Of a DNA stretch of 64,000 nucleotides, positions 36,583 to 46,113 are shown in pieces (position 1 is the stretch's first letter; the number at the start of each line of letters is the position of its first letter). The translations under genes were made by a program, and so were the position numbers. The DNA comes from a virus (taxonomy: Duplodnaviria; Caudoviricetes), in IMG/VR virus record IMGVR_UViG_3300008954_000001; one strand, 5' to 3'. Under the pieces are notes generated by a model. The model did not search any database. It saw only the letters and a list, made by a program, of their open reading frames with translations, and was not told the DNA's origin.

Positions 36583-37059
36583 TCAAGGAGCTTGTTGTAA
36601 GCGAGTCCCACAACAGGGGCACTTGATCTCATCTCCGCTTTGAAGACGCTCAACCATGCGCTCTTGAACTGCTCGTAACGTAATATCAACGCCCTCTGGC
36701 ACTAAAGGGATCTTCGGTGCTTTAACGGGCTTCTTTCGATTTGCCTTAGCTTTTTCGGCAAGCTCAACCGCATTGTCTGAATTGATAGCCACCCATAGAA
36801 CGGCCCGACGACCGCTTCGAGTTAGCCCCTTCTTACCAGAATTAGCAACCAAACCTTGTTTCACAAGCTCACCCCGGCGAGCCGTATAGGTCGTGTGCTT
36901 CATCTCTAAGGTTTCTTCAGCGGCATCGTCTGTGGTGCCTTCGGAGCCACGAGAAATTATGTGCTCATATACTCGACGACGGAGTGCTCCCGTAACATCT
37001 GCGATAGCTTCAGCGGCTTCTTTAGAAGTGTCTGATCCCGGTGTGTGTGGAGCAATCAT
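36583..37059 (-). CDS. Winged-HTH DNA-binding protein with C-terminal CPCC
   Basis: SDTSKEAA...LRRRVYEHI...GTTDD...TYTARRGELVKQGLV...TRSGRRAVLW. Confidence 0.65.
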   Translation of the reverse strand: MIAPHTPGSDTSKEAAEAIADVTGALRRRVYEHIISRGSEGTTDDAAEETLEMKHTTYTARRGELVKQGLVANSGKKGLTRSGRRAVLWVAINSDNAVELAEKAKANRKKPVKAPKIPLVPEGVDITLRAVQERMVERLQSGDEIKCPCCGTRLQQAP

Positions 37060-38261
37060 TACTTAACTCCAAACAAATCAAGAATGGTTACTTCGGGAAC
37101 CTCTTGTTTTGAGGTTGTGGTTTCACGGCCCTCAATCCTACAACAAGCAATATCAAGGTAGTCCTCGTTCAAATCGATACCAACATAGTTTCTACCCAAC
37201 TGAAGAGCGACAGCCCCAGTGGTTGCTGATCCAGAAAAAGGATCAAGAACCACACAAGGTTCGGGCCACGGATTATCTTCAACACAAGAACAACCTGTCT
37301 CCCAACCTAAAGTTCGGGAGTACCCATCGACCCGCCCTGACCCAGATTTCCCCACCGTACCTACAGGATTGCCAGCCCCACCTCTTGCATCGTGGGCCGC
37401 CTGTGTTTTAGGGCAGGATGTGCTGTGACCCACAAATCGTTCGGAGACTCGCTTAAAAGGCTCTCCACACGCCGCACAGCGGCCATAGGCACTGGTCCCC
37501 GCCTTGATCATAGGCATAACGAGCTTCGGGGGCCACACGGCGAAATGCGCCCCCTTAAAGGAAGCTGGTGGCACATCCCACAAGGTTCTTTTATTGCCCC
37601 CTCTTATGAGGGCATCTTCGCTAATCGGAGCACCCCTATTGGAACCCTCTCTCTTTTCATTGGGATCGTGAGTCCTTTGATGGCTGTTCCAACGATACTG
37701 GTTCCGTTGAAAGGTTGCTCCTTTCAACGGCTCTCGAATTGCATCTGCATCGTAGTAGTAATGACCACCACTGTCTGGATGAGCAAACAGGAAAACGTAC
37801 TCATGTGCTTTGGTGGGGCGGTCTTTGACCGACTCTGGCATTGGATTAGGTTTCGACCAGATGATATCTGAACGCAAATACCAGCCGTCTTTTTGAAGGG
37901 CGAAAGCCACCCGCCACGGGATGCCTATAAGGTCTTTCGACTTTAATCCTCCCTCATAGCTCCCAGCATAACTATCCCCAAGATTTAGCCAAAGGGTGCC
38001 ATCTTTCCGCAACACTCGTTTGATTTCTCGAAACACCTCAACCAAGGCTTCGGCATATTTTTCGGGGGAGTCTTCCAACCCAAGCTGGTTATCCCCGGCC
38101 CCATAATCTCGTAAGCCGTAATAAGGGGGGCTTGTACAAACTGTGTGGACCGAAGCGTCTTCGAGCAGCTTCAAGCCTTCAACAGCACCAACGCCATACA
38201 GAAGTCTTGCCTTGGGTGGGTTATCCCCGACCGAGTGGAAGAGAGTTCGGTCAACCATCAT
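37059..38261 (-). CDS. Amino-DNA methyltransferase (N4-mC/N6-mA, beta class)
   Basis: Motif IV TSPPY precedes motif I VVLDPFSGSATT. Also GTLWLNLGDSY, IIWSKPNPMPES and HFAVWP. Confidence 0.9.
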   Translation of the reverse strand: MMVDRTLFHSVGDNPPKARLLYGVGAVEGLKLLEDASVHTVCTSPPYYGLRDYGAGDNQLGLEDSPEKYAEALVEVFREIKRVLRKDGTLWLNLGDSYAGSYEGGLKSKDLIGIPWRVAFALQKDGWYLRSDIIWSKPNPMPESVKDRPTKAHEYVFLFAHPDSGGHYYYDADAIREPLKGATFQRNQYRWNSHQRTHDPNEKREGSNRGAPISEDALIRGGNKRTLWDVPPASFKGAHFAVWPPKLVMPMIKAGTSAYGRCAACGEPFKRVSERFVGHSTSCPKTQAAHDARGGAGNPVGTVGKSGSGRVDGYSRTLGWETGCSCVEDNPWPEPCVVLDPFSGSATTGAVALQLGRNYVGIDLNEDYLDIACCRIEGRETTTSKQEVPEVTILDLFGVK

Positions 38262-38905
38262 CCCCCACCCACCAAATCAAACTTCGCCCCTTTCGGGGTT
38301 CGACGGATTCGGTAGGCTCGGTGGGAGGCTTCAACTAAAGCTGGATTGTGTGTCACGAGCAAAATGTCTACCCCCATCCTCTCACATAGAAGACGGAGAA
38401 ACTTGCCCATTGCGTCCACATAATTCGCATCAAAAGCGGGTAAGGATTCATCTAAAAACAAGACGGGTCGAAGACCTCGCCGCATCACTACGATCAATCG
38501 AAGCAGAACAGATTGAACCGTTGTAACAGCACCACCAAAGGCATCGATACAATCCCCTTCTGAAATGGTGCCATCCGGCTGCTTCTGCGTTGTGATCAGG
38601 TCTACCGAAACCTTGTTGTACTTCACCCCTACTTCCGACCGAACCGAGATCTGCTGATCTGAAAAGACCGCACTCAAACCTTCCGTCAGTAGCCCCTCAA
38701 CTGCTTGAACACCAGCGTTCACTTCTGCGTCAATCAATTGACGAAATAACTCGGAAACCAACTGACATAGGTGGCCCTCGCTATCTAATTTACGAATATT
38801 GGTTTTCGTGTCGCCTATACGCCGAGATACTTCATCCCGACGACCAACGACACGATCCACCCTGCTCCGTAATGACGCAACATCGCTGGTGATCTGTTCA
38901 TTCAT
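38258..38905 (-). CDS. Rad50/SbcC-like ATPase, C-terminal half
   Basis: Coiled coil, then degenerate signature DAFGGA, Walker B/D-loop LFLDESLPAFD and H-loop LLVTHN. No Walker A. Confidence 0.8.
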   Translation of the reverse strand: MNEQITSDVASLRSRVDRVVGRRDEVSRRIGDTKTNIRKLDSEGHLCQLVSELFRQLIDAEVNAGVQAVEGLLTEGLSAVFSDQQISVRSEVGVKYNKVSVDLITTQKQPDGTISEGDCIDAFGGAVTTVQSVLLRLIVVMRRGLRPVLFLDESLPAFDANYVDAMGKFLRLLCERMGVDILLVTHNPALVEASHRAYRIRRTPKGAKFDLVGGG

Positions 38906-40104
38906 GCAGATGTCTCTACTGTGGAAGTGTCTGTATCAGGCACCCCTGCGGTCACATTCGTATTGACCGATGTAGTCTTCTGCCGACTGAACATCCAAGT
39001 GATCGCCGTACTGAATCGGAAACCCTCTTCAGGCTCTTCCGTAATGATCACCCAACCACCCTTTTCGTGGCGGCGGCATCGCATCTGAACGGAATCTTCC
39101 GTACACAAGGAAAGCAAACGGGTGATGTGCAGACGACTAATGTTGAAGCCGAAAGACTCCTCCCCACACTCCACCTCAATACCAGCCTTCACGGTCTGGT
39201 ACAGGCTTTCACCTGAAGTAGACTTCATACTCAAAGTAACAACAGCATCCTTACGGGTGATGTTGAGGGTGTTGTCATCCCAACTCGCACCAGAGGCCAA
39301 GAAGTTGATGGCTGAAATCAATTCCGCACGGTCGAGATCCCAAAGCTCTGTGTAGTTGTCCTCCACCTGAACCTTGGGGAAAGCGGCCAGCGGTCGTGCT
39401 TCTCCGAAGACGGCACCTTTACCACCAAGAGCACCAAAGAACTGTGCTCGGTCGGTTTCGTAAATGGTTACTTCGCCATCGCTCTGAAGGGCCAAGAAGC
39501 TGTTCAGTGCGCCCAAGTCCTTACCATGGAGCCGAACCTTGCAGTTCTCAATTCCTGGCACGGAGGACTGACTCATGGCCGTCAAATCAGTACATCGAAG
39601 GGTGCCTTCAATACACTCAACCACACACAGCTTCGGCTGCTTTGTTTCGTCATCGGAAACGAATGGTTTACTGTGGCTCAAAGCCGACCGAAGCTGATCA
39701 GCCCGAACCTTCCCCGTCGCTTCAGCGGAGTTCCAAAGCTCATCCCACCAAGGGAAAGATGCTGGATCGAGAGATTGGAAAAGGTTGTGTCCACGGGGAG
39801 CCGTGGCCTTTACCACCCCTTCCTCCAACTCAAACTCAACCGTAGCGGTATCCGCAAGGGTGTTGAGCCACAGATCGAGCCGCTTGGCCTCAATAGTAAA
39901 GGCTTCCACCCCTTCGTAGGTAGTTCCTGAAATAGGGCAGAAGGCAAAGGTCTTACCTGTCCACCCATACACAGCAACACCATCGCTTTCGTGCGGCCTA
40001 AAAACATAGTGGGAGGTAATATCCCCCGCCGAATTCGCCACACAAGAACGAACGCAAGCGAGTGCCGCTTGCAGGTCAGTAAAAGAAACTTTCATCGTAG
40101 TCAT
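38902..40104 (-). CDS. dnaN: DNA polymerase III beta sliding clamp
   Basis: About 400 aa with three-domain character: DLQAALACV, SLDPASFP, CTDL, ARPLAAFPKV, DRAELISAI, FGFNISRL. In the same operon as dnaX. Confidence 0.7.
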   Translation of the reverse strand: MTTMKVSFTDLQAALACVRSCVANSAGDITSHYVFRPHESDGVAVYGWTGKTFAFCPISGTTYEGVEAFTIEAKRLDLWLNTLADTATVEFELEEGVVKATAPRGHNLFQSLDPASFPWWDELWNSAEATGKVRADQLRSALSHSKPFVSDDETKQPKLCVVECIEGTLRCTDLTAMSQSSVPGIENCKVRLHGKDLGALNSFLALQSDGEVTIYETDRAQFFGALGGKGAVFGEARPLAAFPKVQVEDNYTELWDLDRAELISAINFLASGASWDDNTLNITRKDAVVTLSMKSTSGESLYQTVKAGIEVECGEESFGFNISRLHITRLLSLCTEDSVQMRCRRHEKGGWVIITEEPEEGFRFSTAITWMFSRQKTTSVNTNVTAGVPDTDTSTVETSA

Positions 40105-40105
40105 A

Positions 40106-40399
40106 TCAGTTCACTCCGTTTTCATAAGGTTGGAGAGCAGATTCAGCGGTATCCATCGCTTTCTGCAAGGTGTTCATTTCTTTATCGAAACGCTGTTCCA
40201 ATTTAGCGATAGCCTCATCGATCTGCTCTGGCTCGATCTTCTTCGCTCGGCATTCCGCCTCTACAGCCTGCTTGTTAGCCTCGGCTTCCTGAAGACGACC
40301 CTTAAGCCGCTCAACCTGTGCCACCAACTCGGCCCGTCGTTTTGTGGCGTTCTGAAGAACCGCCGTATGATCACTATTCATTTGAACCTCCTGACTCAC
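40106..40399 (-). CDS. Small coiled-coil protein (97 aa)
   Basis: Heptad-rich sequence (RRAELVAQVERLKGRLQEAEANK), between the nuclease and dnaN genes. Confidence 0.65.
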   Translation of the reverse strand: MSQEVQMNSDHTAVLQNATKRRAELVAQVERLKGRLQEAEANKQAVEAECRAKKIEPEQIDEAIAKLEQRFDKEMNTLQKAMDTAESALQPYENGVN

Positions 40400-41348
40400 T
40401 CTTTTTTACCGAGAGTGTGGGCGAAAGGGCACCCTCGAAACCAATCAAGCCCTCTTCAAAGGGTTCCTCTTTCTTTCTACGGGTCTTCCGTCGAGCCTGT
40501 AGCTGGCCCTGACGCTCAGAACACACCTTTTCATACTCACAGAATTTACAGTTGGAAGGGGAGGGGTTCGCCTCCCATTTCCCTTTCCACATTCCCTTAC
40601 TGGCTTGCCTTGCACGATGCGCCAAACCCTTCAAGTCGTCCATCGTAAAAGGAACCTCCACGATCCCCGACCAATCCTCTTGGTTGTCGGGTTGGTTGTC
40701 GGGAGGACTGCCTATCGGGTATCTGAAATAGATGAAAGCTAATCGATCTGGCATCTGATTATAGGCCAGCTTGAAACATAGGGCGTACCAACGAAGTTGA
40801 TCTGGATCTGTATAAACACCCACCGACTTCGAGTTCTTGCCATCGTAGATGGTGATCCCAGTGTCCTTGCGCCGAACAATCAAATCCGCTCGACCCCCAA
40901 TCGGGTTGTATTTGTCGAGCCAAGTCCTCAAATCCACCTCCGCTCTGGCGTAGGGGCCGAGAATCTTGTTGGCTTTCATGGTTGCCAAATAGTTCAAAGA
41001 CCCATCCAAGCAGGTCTGTAGAAGCTCATCTCGGCTTGGAGTCCACGGCCTATGCCATTCGATGTACTTCTTTTCGACAAGTTTGTTGAAAGTCTTTTCA
41101 ACCAACTGAACCAGTTCGTCCCGCAAAGTATCGGGATACCGCCACATTTCGTTGTTGTAGAGGTGTTCCATTACATCAGCGATCACGATCCCCATAAGCG
41201 CATGGTGCTCTGATTTCTTCTCAGCACCCGGCTTACGCTTGCCTTCACCAGCACCTAAATCAATGCCGGGATAGCCACGAGACCATAAGGTTCGCTGTGG
41301 GCATTCCTCGTACATTGAAAGTGTTGACCAATAGAGTGGTTTCTTCAC
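40374..41348 (-). CDS. PD-(D/E)XK nuclease (RecB/AddB/Cas4-like superfamily)
   Basis: YEECP, GGRADL, IYDGK, QLRWYA and C-terminal CKFCEYEKVC. Probable start GTG 41348. Confidence 0.8.
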   Translation of the reverse strand: MKKPLYWSTLSMYEECPQRTLWSRGYPGIDLGAGEGKRKPGAEKKSEHHALMGIVIADVMEHLYNNEMWRYPDTLRDELVQLVEKTFNKLVEKKYIEWHRPWTPSRDELLQTCLDGSLNYLATMKANKILGPYARAEVDLRTWLDKYNPIGGRADLIVRRKDTGITIYDGKNSKSVGVYTDPDQLRWYALCFKLAYNQMPDRLAFIYFRYPIGSPPDNQPDNQEDWSGIVEVPFTMDDLKGLAHRARQASKGMWKGKWEANPSPSNCKFCEYEKVCSERQGQLQARRKTRRKKEEPFEEGLIGFEGALSPTLSVKKSESGGSNE

Positions 41349-41387
41349 CCGTTTCTCCCGTCTAATGGGAGAAACTTTACCCACGAA

Positions 41388-42362
41388 TCAGGCAAGCTCT
41401 AAATATTGGAGTGCTCTTTCTCGCACTTCGTCAGAGATATCCGCCACGGCCACCACAGCTTCGAGGGAGTTCTCGCCCTCGCCTTTTACTAAGCTGTTCT
41501 TCAAGTTGGAGACGAAGTCCTCCATGACCGACTCCCGCATTTCGGCTCGTTCACGACCTCGCACATCAAAAACCTCAACGGAATCGGGGATCTTCAAGTC
41601 ATGTCGAACAATCGTAATCCCCGACTGCTCAAACTGAAGCTCCACCGCACAAGGCTTTCGGTCCATATCATCCTGAATCAAGGCCCCACGAGAAAGGCTC
41701 CCTGTGTTCACGACATACTTGCCCTTGGCGATCTCCTTGATCCCTTGGTCTTTATGCCAATGACCGAACAACCACACATCGGGGTCGAGACCCTTTAGAT
41801 CGGCGTACTTGATGATGTCCTCATTCTCGAACATTGTGCCACCCTTAGGGCTGGCAAGGACATGAGCCATCACCACCAGATAGTCCTCATCCCCCTTTTT
41901 GATGTTCGTAAACCGTTCCATATCGTACTTGGTGCCGTGATACGGAATGCCTACCACCCGAACCCTTGGTCGAATCTTCGTCCCAGGAGAGCCAAATTCC
42001 GCCTCATGTTCATCGTATAGTCGGCGGAATACCCCCGTGGAGAACAACACCCCCAAAGGCTGTTGGGGTAGGTAGGTGTAGTCCCCGTACACACAATCAT
42101 GGTTCCCCACATTGGCATATACGGGGCAAGGGTACTCTTGATGTAGTTCCGCAACCTCTCGAATCAAACTATGGCTGTTACGAGAAGGGGCTTTGATATC
42201 GAAGAAGTCCCCACCGTCAAGAACCGCATCGGCTTGAATCTCGGTAGCAAGCTCTCCTACCTGACGAAGTTTGCCCACAATGGCTTCACGCCAATTGTCG
42301 TTTCGTGAACGGGGAGTTCGTTCAGACAAATGCACATCTGTACGCCACAACAACTTGATCAT
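41388..42362 (-). CDS. Mre11/SbcD-like metallophosphoesterase nuclease
   Basis: TDVH, GGDFFD, VGNHD, AHV and FGHWH motifs. Confidence 0.9.
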   Translation of the reverse strand: MIKLLWRTDVHLSERTPRSRNDNWREAIVGKLRQVGELATEIQADAVLDGGDFFDIKAPSRNSHSLIREVAELHQEYPCPVYANVGNHDCVYGDYTYLPQQPLGVLFSTGVFRRLYDEHEAEFGSPGTKIRPRVRVVGIPYHGTKYDMERFTNIKKGDEDYLVVMAHVLASPKGGTMFENEDIIKYADLKGLDPDVWLFGHWHKDQGIKEIAKGKYVVNTGSLSRGALIQDDMDRKPCAVELQFEQSGITIVRHDLKIPDSVEVFDVRGRERAEMRESVMEDFVSNLKNSLVKGEGENSLEAVVAVADISDEVRERALQYLELA

Positions 42363-43480
42363 AGGACACCCCCCATTTCAACAGAGCAGGTATTCGTATG
42401 GGTGTCGGTCCCGCAAACAGGACATTCCCCCAACTCCCCAAGAGTCTCTTTGATCTCGAAGTTCAACGAATCCAAATCCGATTGAGCTACCTGTAACTGC
42501 TCTCGCAAGTTCCCGATTGTTTCATCAGCATCCGACAACCTTTCAGCAATGCCTTGGAAAAGGCTGATCGTCTTGGCCGCTTTTTCCGCTTTGGCCGTAT
42601 CTGGAAAAGAGAGTTCTTGGGCGGCGGTGAAAGCATCGGCAACGGCCTGATGTTCTCTTCCGGCTGAATCAACTCGGCCCTGAAGGATCTTGAGATCCTT
42701 GATCTCAAGAAGTAGGGCTTTCAAGTCACGGGCCGTATCCTCGGTGTCTTCCAAGGCAACGAAGTCCGTCCGAACCCCTGAAAGCTGTTTCACCGTATCC
42801 GTAGCCGCTACCAAACGATCTCGCATAACACTCAAGCCTGTGACGGCCCGACCAATCTTTGTGGTCTTTTCAAGACAGGCTTCCACAGAGGCCACAGTTT
42901 CTTGGGCTTGCTCCACACCCTCGAACAAGAGCAACTCTTCCTCGAAGGCTTTCAAGTCTTTCTTTCGTACTTTCAACTCACTGTTCGCTGAACGAAGGTC
43001 TGACTCAGCCCCTTTCAAGGCCCTATTGAGTTTCCCAACCCGTTCTACATCGGCCACCGCTTCGGCCAACGCACTTCCAGTTTGGTCAACCAAAAACACT
43101 TGGCCCGTAAACTGGTTGGCAATTTGAGGCCAAATCTTTTCACTACCAGCGTCAATAGAGCAAACGCCCAAGTCTGCAACCTCTTGAGGAACGGTGCTCT
43201 TACCCGGATTTACTACCTTTGATCCAAACTCATAGGCGGCTTTACCCGTTGCTTTCTTTTCCCAAGCGAAGCCTTCTTCGGGTCCAAGCTCAACCTCCAC
43301 TCGACACGACTTTTCTCCGTGACGGACAAAGCCTGTACCTGAAGTGTTCTGGAAAGCACCTCGGATGGCACGGATCAAAGCGGTCTTACCGCTGTTGTTG
43401 GGGCCAGTGATTACCGTAAAGCCCTCAACCTCAACCTCGGCATCCTTGATCGACTGGAAGTTTTTGACTCTGACCTTCAT
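42359..43480 (-). CDS. Rad50/SbcC-like ATPase, N-terminal half ending at the zinc hook
   Basis: VKNFQSI, Walker A ITGPNNSGKT, Q-loop NQF, long coiled coil, CPVCG close to the C-terminus. No Walker B. Confidence 0.85.
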   Translation of the reverse strand: MKVRVKNFQSIKDAEVEVEGFTVITGPNNSGKTALIRAIRGAFQNTSGTGFVRHGEKSCRVEVELGPEEGFAWEKKATGKAAYEFGSKVVNPGKSTVPQEVADLGVCSIDAGSEKIWPQIANQFTGQVFLVDQTGSALAEAVADVERVGKLNRALKGAESDLRSANSELKVRKKDLKAFEEELLLFEGVEQAQETVASVEACLEKTTKIGRAVTGLSVMRDRLVAATDTVKQLSGVRTDFVALEDTEDTARDLKALLLEIKDLKILQGRVDSAGREHQAVADAFTAAQELSFPDTAKAEKAAKTISLFQGIAERLSDADETIGNLREQLQVAQSDLDSLNFEIKETLGELGECPVCGTDTHTNTCSVEMGGVL

Positions 43481-44677
43481 TTACACATCCAAAACTGTTT
43501 CCACAAACACATCTTCATCCTCATCTTCACCGCTCTCGGCAGCGATTTGAGTCTCATCAACTGTCTTACTCAAGATCGGGCTAATTTGGCCCCACAGTTC
43601 ATTGAAAGAACCTTCACGGGCATCAAGCAAAGTGCGAAACTTGCCCATACCTTGACCCCGAATTTCGTTCCCGTCAGGGGCGATCCACGAATACCAAGCT
43701 CCCGCACGAGTAATCAGGTTGTTCGCCAAAGCGATCTCGATCAGGGTTGCGTCATCGTCGATCCCGTATCCAGATCGAAGGATGAACACCGCTGACCTGT
43801 TCATCGCATCAGATACCTTGCACTTGTCCAAGCGAGCCTTCACCTTTTGGCCTACGACAACCTCATCGATCTTCCCTGACAGGGGGTCGTGAACCTTCTC
43901 TTTCAGCCCTTGGATACGAGACAGCATCATTCGGGTGGCCGAATAGAACTTCCATGCCTTACCACCTTGGGCCGCATCTTTAGGCCCGCCGTAGCCCGTA
44001 ATATTGAGGTTGGTACGAAGCTGACTGATACCGATGATTGCCGTATTAGTCTTCGATGCGATGCTCTTGAGCTTCGGTAGCTCTTGGCTCCAAATGCTTG
44101 CAACCAAACCGATCCGACCCTTACCCGGAGTCTCGTCAGCCTCAAACCATGCTTGAGGCACACCAGCCCCAACAGAATCGAGGACAACCAGATCCACACC
44201 CTCACGGCACATGATGGCGGCATACCTGATCCCATCTTCAAGGGTAGTGGGTTGGATCAACACGAACTTCTCAGGATCGGTAATGGGAACCCCAAGGATT
44301 TCCGCATAGCGTGGCTCTACTTCATTCTCCCAATCGATATAAGCGACCGTTCCCCCAAGCTCACAGACAGAAGCCGCTGCGGTCAAAGCAAGAGTGGTCT
44401 TACCAGCACCGGGGTTTCCATACAGATTCATGATCCGTCCACGGGGGATGCCGGGACAGGGGGGTACACCAAACTTGTTGGGCTTCCCACCAATCAGGTA
44501 GTCGATGACAACAGAACCGCTTGGGAAGTGGGGTGCCGACTCTCGCAAGTTCGCTGTATCAAGCTGAACCTCATCGTCTCGACCCTTCATTGATTTATTG
44601 ATCGCCGCCCTTGCCCTCGCCAAAGCTGAGTCACCTGCGGTCTTCTTTGCGGTTTCCTTCTTTTTCCTTGCCATCAT
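43481..44677 (-). CDS. recA: RecA/UvsX recombinase
   Basis: GIPRGRIMNLYGNPGAGKT, YIDWE, VVLDSV, ISQLR, GGKAWKFYS, RAGAWY. Confidence 0.9.
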   Translation of the reverse strand: MMARKKKETAKKTAGDSALARARAAINKSMKGRDDEVQLDTANLRESAPHFPSGSVVIDYLIGGKPNKFGVPPCPGIPRGRIMNLYGNPGAGKTTLALTAAASVCELGGTVAYIDWENEVEPRYAEILGVPITDPEKFVLIQPTTLEDGIRYAAIMCREGVDLVVLDSVGAGVPQAWFEADETPGKGRIGLVASIWSQELPKLKSIASKTNTAIIGISQLRTNLNITGYGGPKDAAQGGKAWKFYSATRMMLSRIQGLKEKVHDPLSGKIDEVVVGQKVKARLDKCKVSDAMNRSAVFILRSGYGIDDDATLIEIALANNLITRAGAWYSWIAPDGNEIRGQGMGKFRTLLDAREGSFNELWGQISPILSKTVDETQIAAESGEDEDEDVFVETVLDV

Positions 44678-45318
44678 TACCTCTCGGACCAGCGAAAAAA
44701 GCGTTCGGCTTCACGGTGAAGTATCCCTGACTTGACCGTGCGACCTTTCTTTTTCCCTCGCTGGAAAGTGTGAATTCGATTGAACTGTTGTAACTCTTTT
44801 TCGGTGAGATCGGTCAGGGTTAGATCCCCACCAAAGACACGCCAGAAACGAGCGGCGTGTTTAGCACACAGGTAAGCATCGGCTTCGTTGTGGTTCCAAC
44901 GACCCTTGCCCCCCGTGTCGATTTTCGCTGCCTCAACCATATCGGCCTTACCCATCTTCCACCCTTTCGGGCGATCTAAAAGAAGGGCTGAAACAGATTT
45001 GATTTGAGTAGGAGCGAAGAACACCACATCTTGTTTGGTTTCCTTCAAGGCTTCACAGGAGTACAGGAACAACCCATACATCCCCTCGGACCAAAGATCG
45101 CCAAAGACGGGGTACTCGATGCCTACGGCATCAGGATTTGTTTCGATAACGAGGCTGGCAAGACGGTCCCGTAGATCGACATATCGATCTACGAAAAGGG
45201 TCTTAGAAGACGTTTTGAAACGCCCTCGCCCCTCACAGCGGGCGGAGCCGTCCACGGAATCATCGTGGACGGCCCACCCGAAGTTTGTGAGGGATGGATC
45301 AAGCCCCAACACCCTCAC
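44677..45318 (-). CDS. RuvC-like Holliday junction resolvase
   Basis: MRVLGLDPS, VGIEYP, NEADAY. Confidence 0.85.
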   Translation of the reverse strand: MRVLGLDPSLTNFGWAVHDDSVDGSARCEGRGRFKTSSKTLFVDRYVDLRDRLASLVIETNPDAVGIEYPVFGDLWSEGMYGLFLYSCEALKETKQDVVFFAPTQIKSVSALLLDRPKGWKMGKADMVEAAKIDTGGKGRWNHNEADAYLCAKHAARFWRVFGGDLTLTDLTEKELQQFNRIHTFQRGKKKGRTVKSGILHREAERFFRWSER

Positions 45319-45320
45319 GA

Positions 45321-46022
45321 CTACAACTCATCGAGCGCATCGTCGAGGACATCATCAAGGTCACCCACCACCGCACTATCCACCACAGGGGATGAAGTAG
45401 GCATGTCGAGCTTTTCCTTGACCTGATCCACAGTCAACTCACGACCAATAGCATCGTAGATACCATCAGCGAGAGCCTTCGTCTTTTCCACAATGTCCTT
45501 ACCAGCAGACTTGTCGCCTTCAAGCAAAGTGCGGAAAAGGTTCCCCTTCTTGGCCGAAAAGGACATCTTTTGGAAGTTAGCGTCCTTACAGTTGACCAAC
45601 ACATCATGCTCACCGAAATGGAATTCGGTGTGCTGATCCTTGAGGTCAGCGTACTTGTCCTTGGAAAAGATCCAAGTAAGCACTTCGTAGTCGCCGTTCT
45701 TCAACGCAGCCTTGTCAAGATTACCCTGACGATCCACAGGCCACTTACAAACCACGGTAGCAATGGCGGGGCGAGGACGCTGACCAGCGAGGTCGTTGAA
45801 CTCGTTGCCCTTGGGGATGATGTAACCAGCCCCCTTGATATACACACGGTTCTTCGCAACCATGATCGGGCTGTCGCCACTAAAATCAGGTGCGTCATCA
45901 TCGTAGCCTTGCCACCAGACAAAGCTAAGACGATACTTCTTTCCAGTTTCACCCTTGAACTGTGAGTTCTTGCGGGTGATAACCGCATCGTTCTGGCCGA
46001 AGCCAATCATTCCGTCAATCAT
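45321..46022 (-). CDS. Putative single-stranded DNA-binding protein (gp32-like)
   Basis: 233 aa with an aromatic-rich core and strongly acidic C-terminal tail (DLDDVLDDALDEL), next to recA and ruvC. Inferred from composition and position. Confidence 0.5.
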   Translation of the reverse strand: MIDGMIGFGQNDAVITRKNSQFKGETGKKYRLSFVWWQGYDDDAPDFSGDSPIMVAKNRVYIKGAGYIIPKGNEFNDLAGQRPRPAIATVVCKWPVDRQGNLDKAALKNGDYEVLTWIFSKDKYADLKDQHTEFHFGEHDVLVNCKDANFQKMSFSAKKGNLFRTLLEGDKSAGKDIVEKTKALADGIYDAIGRELTVDQVKEKLDMPTSSPVVDSAVVGDLDDVLDDALDEL

Positions 46023-46113
46023 GTCTATTCTCCTGTTGTGGGCGGGTTTTAGTTTTTGGAAAAGTTACAATGCCCACGGGTCTATTACCGAAGGGTGTCT
46101 GAAAGGGACACCC

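Noticed and set aside
40374-41348. Cas4 / CRISPR-Cas system
   Set aside because: A PD-(D/E)XK nuclease with terminal Cys residues is common in phage recombination modules. No cas1/cas2, effector gene or array is in the window.
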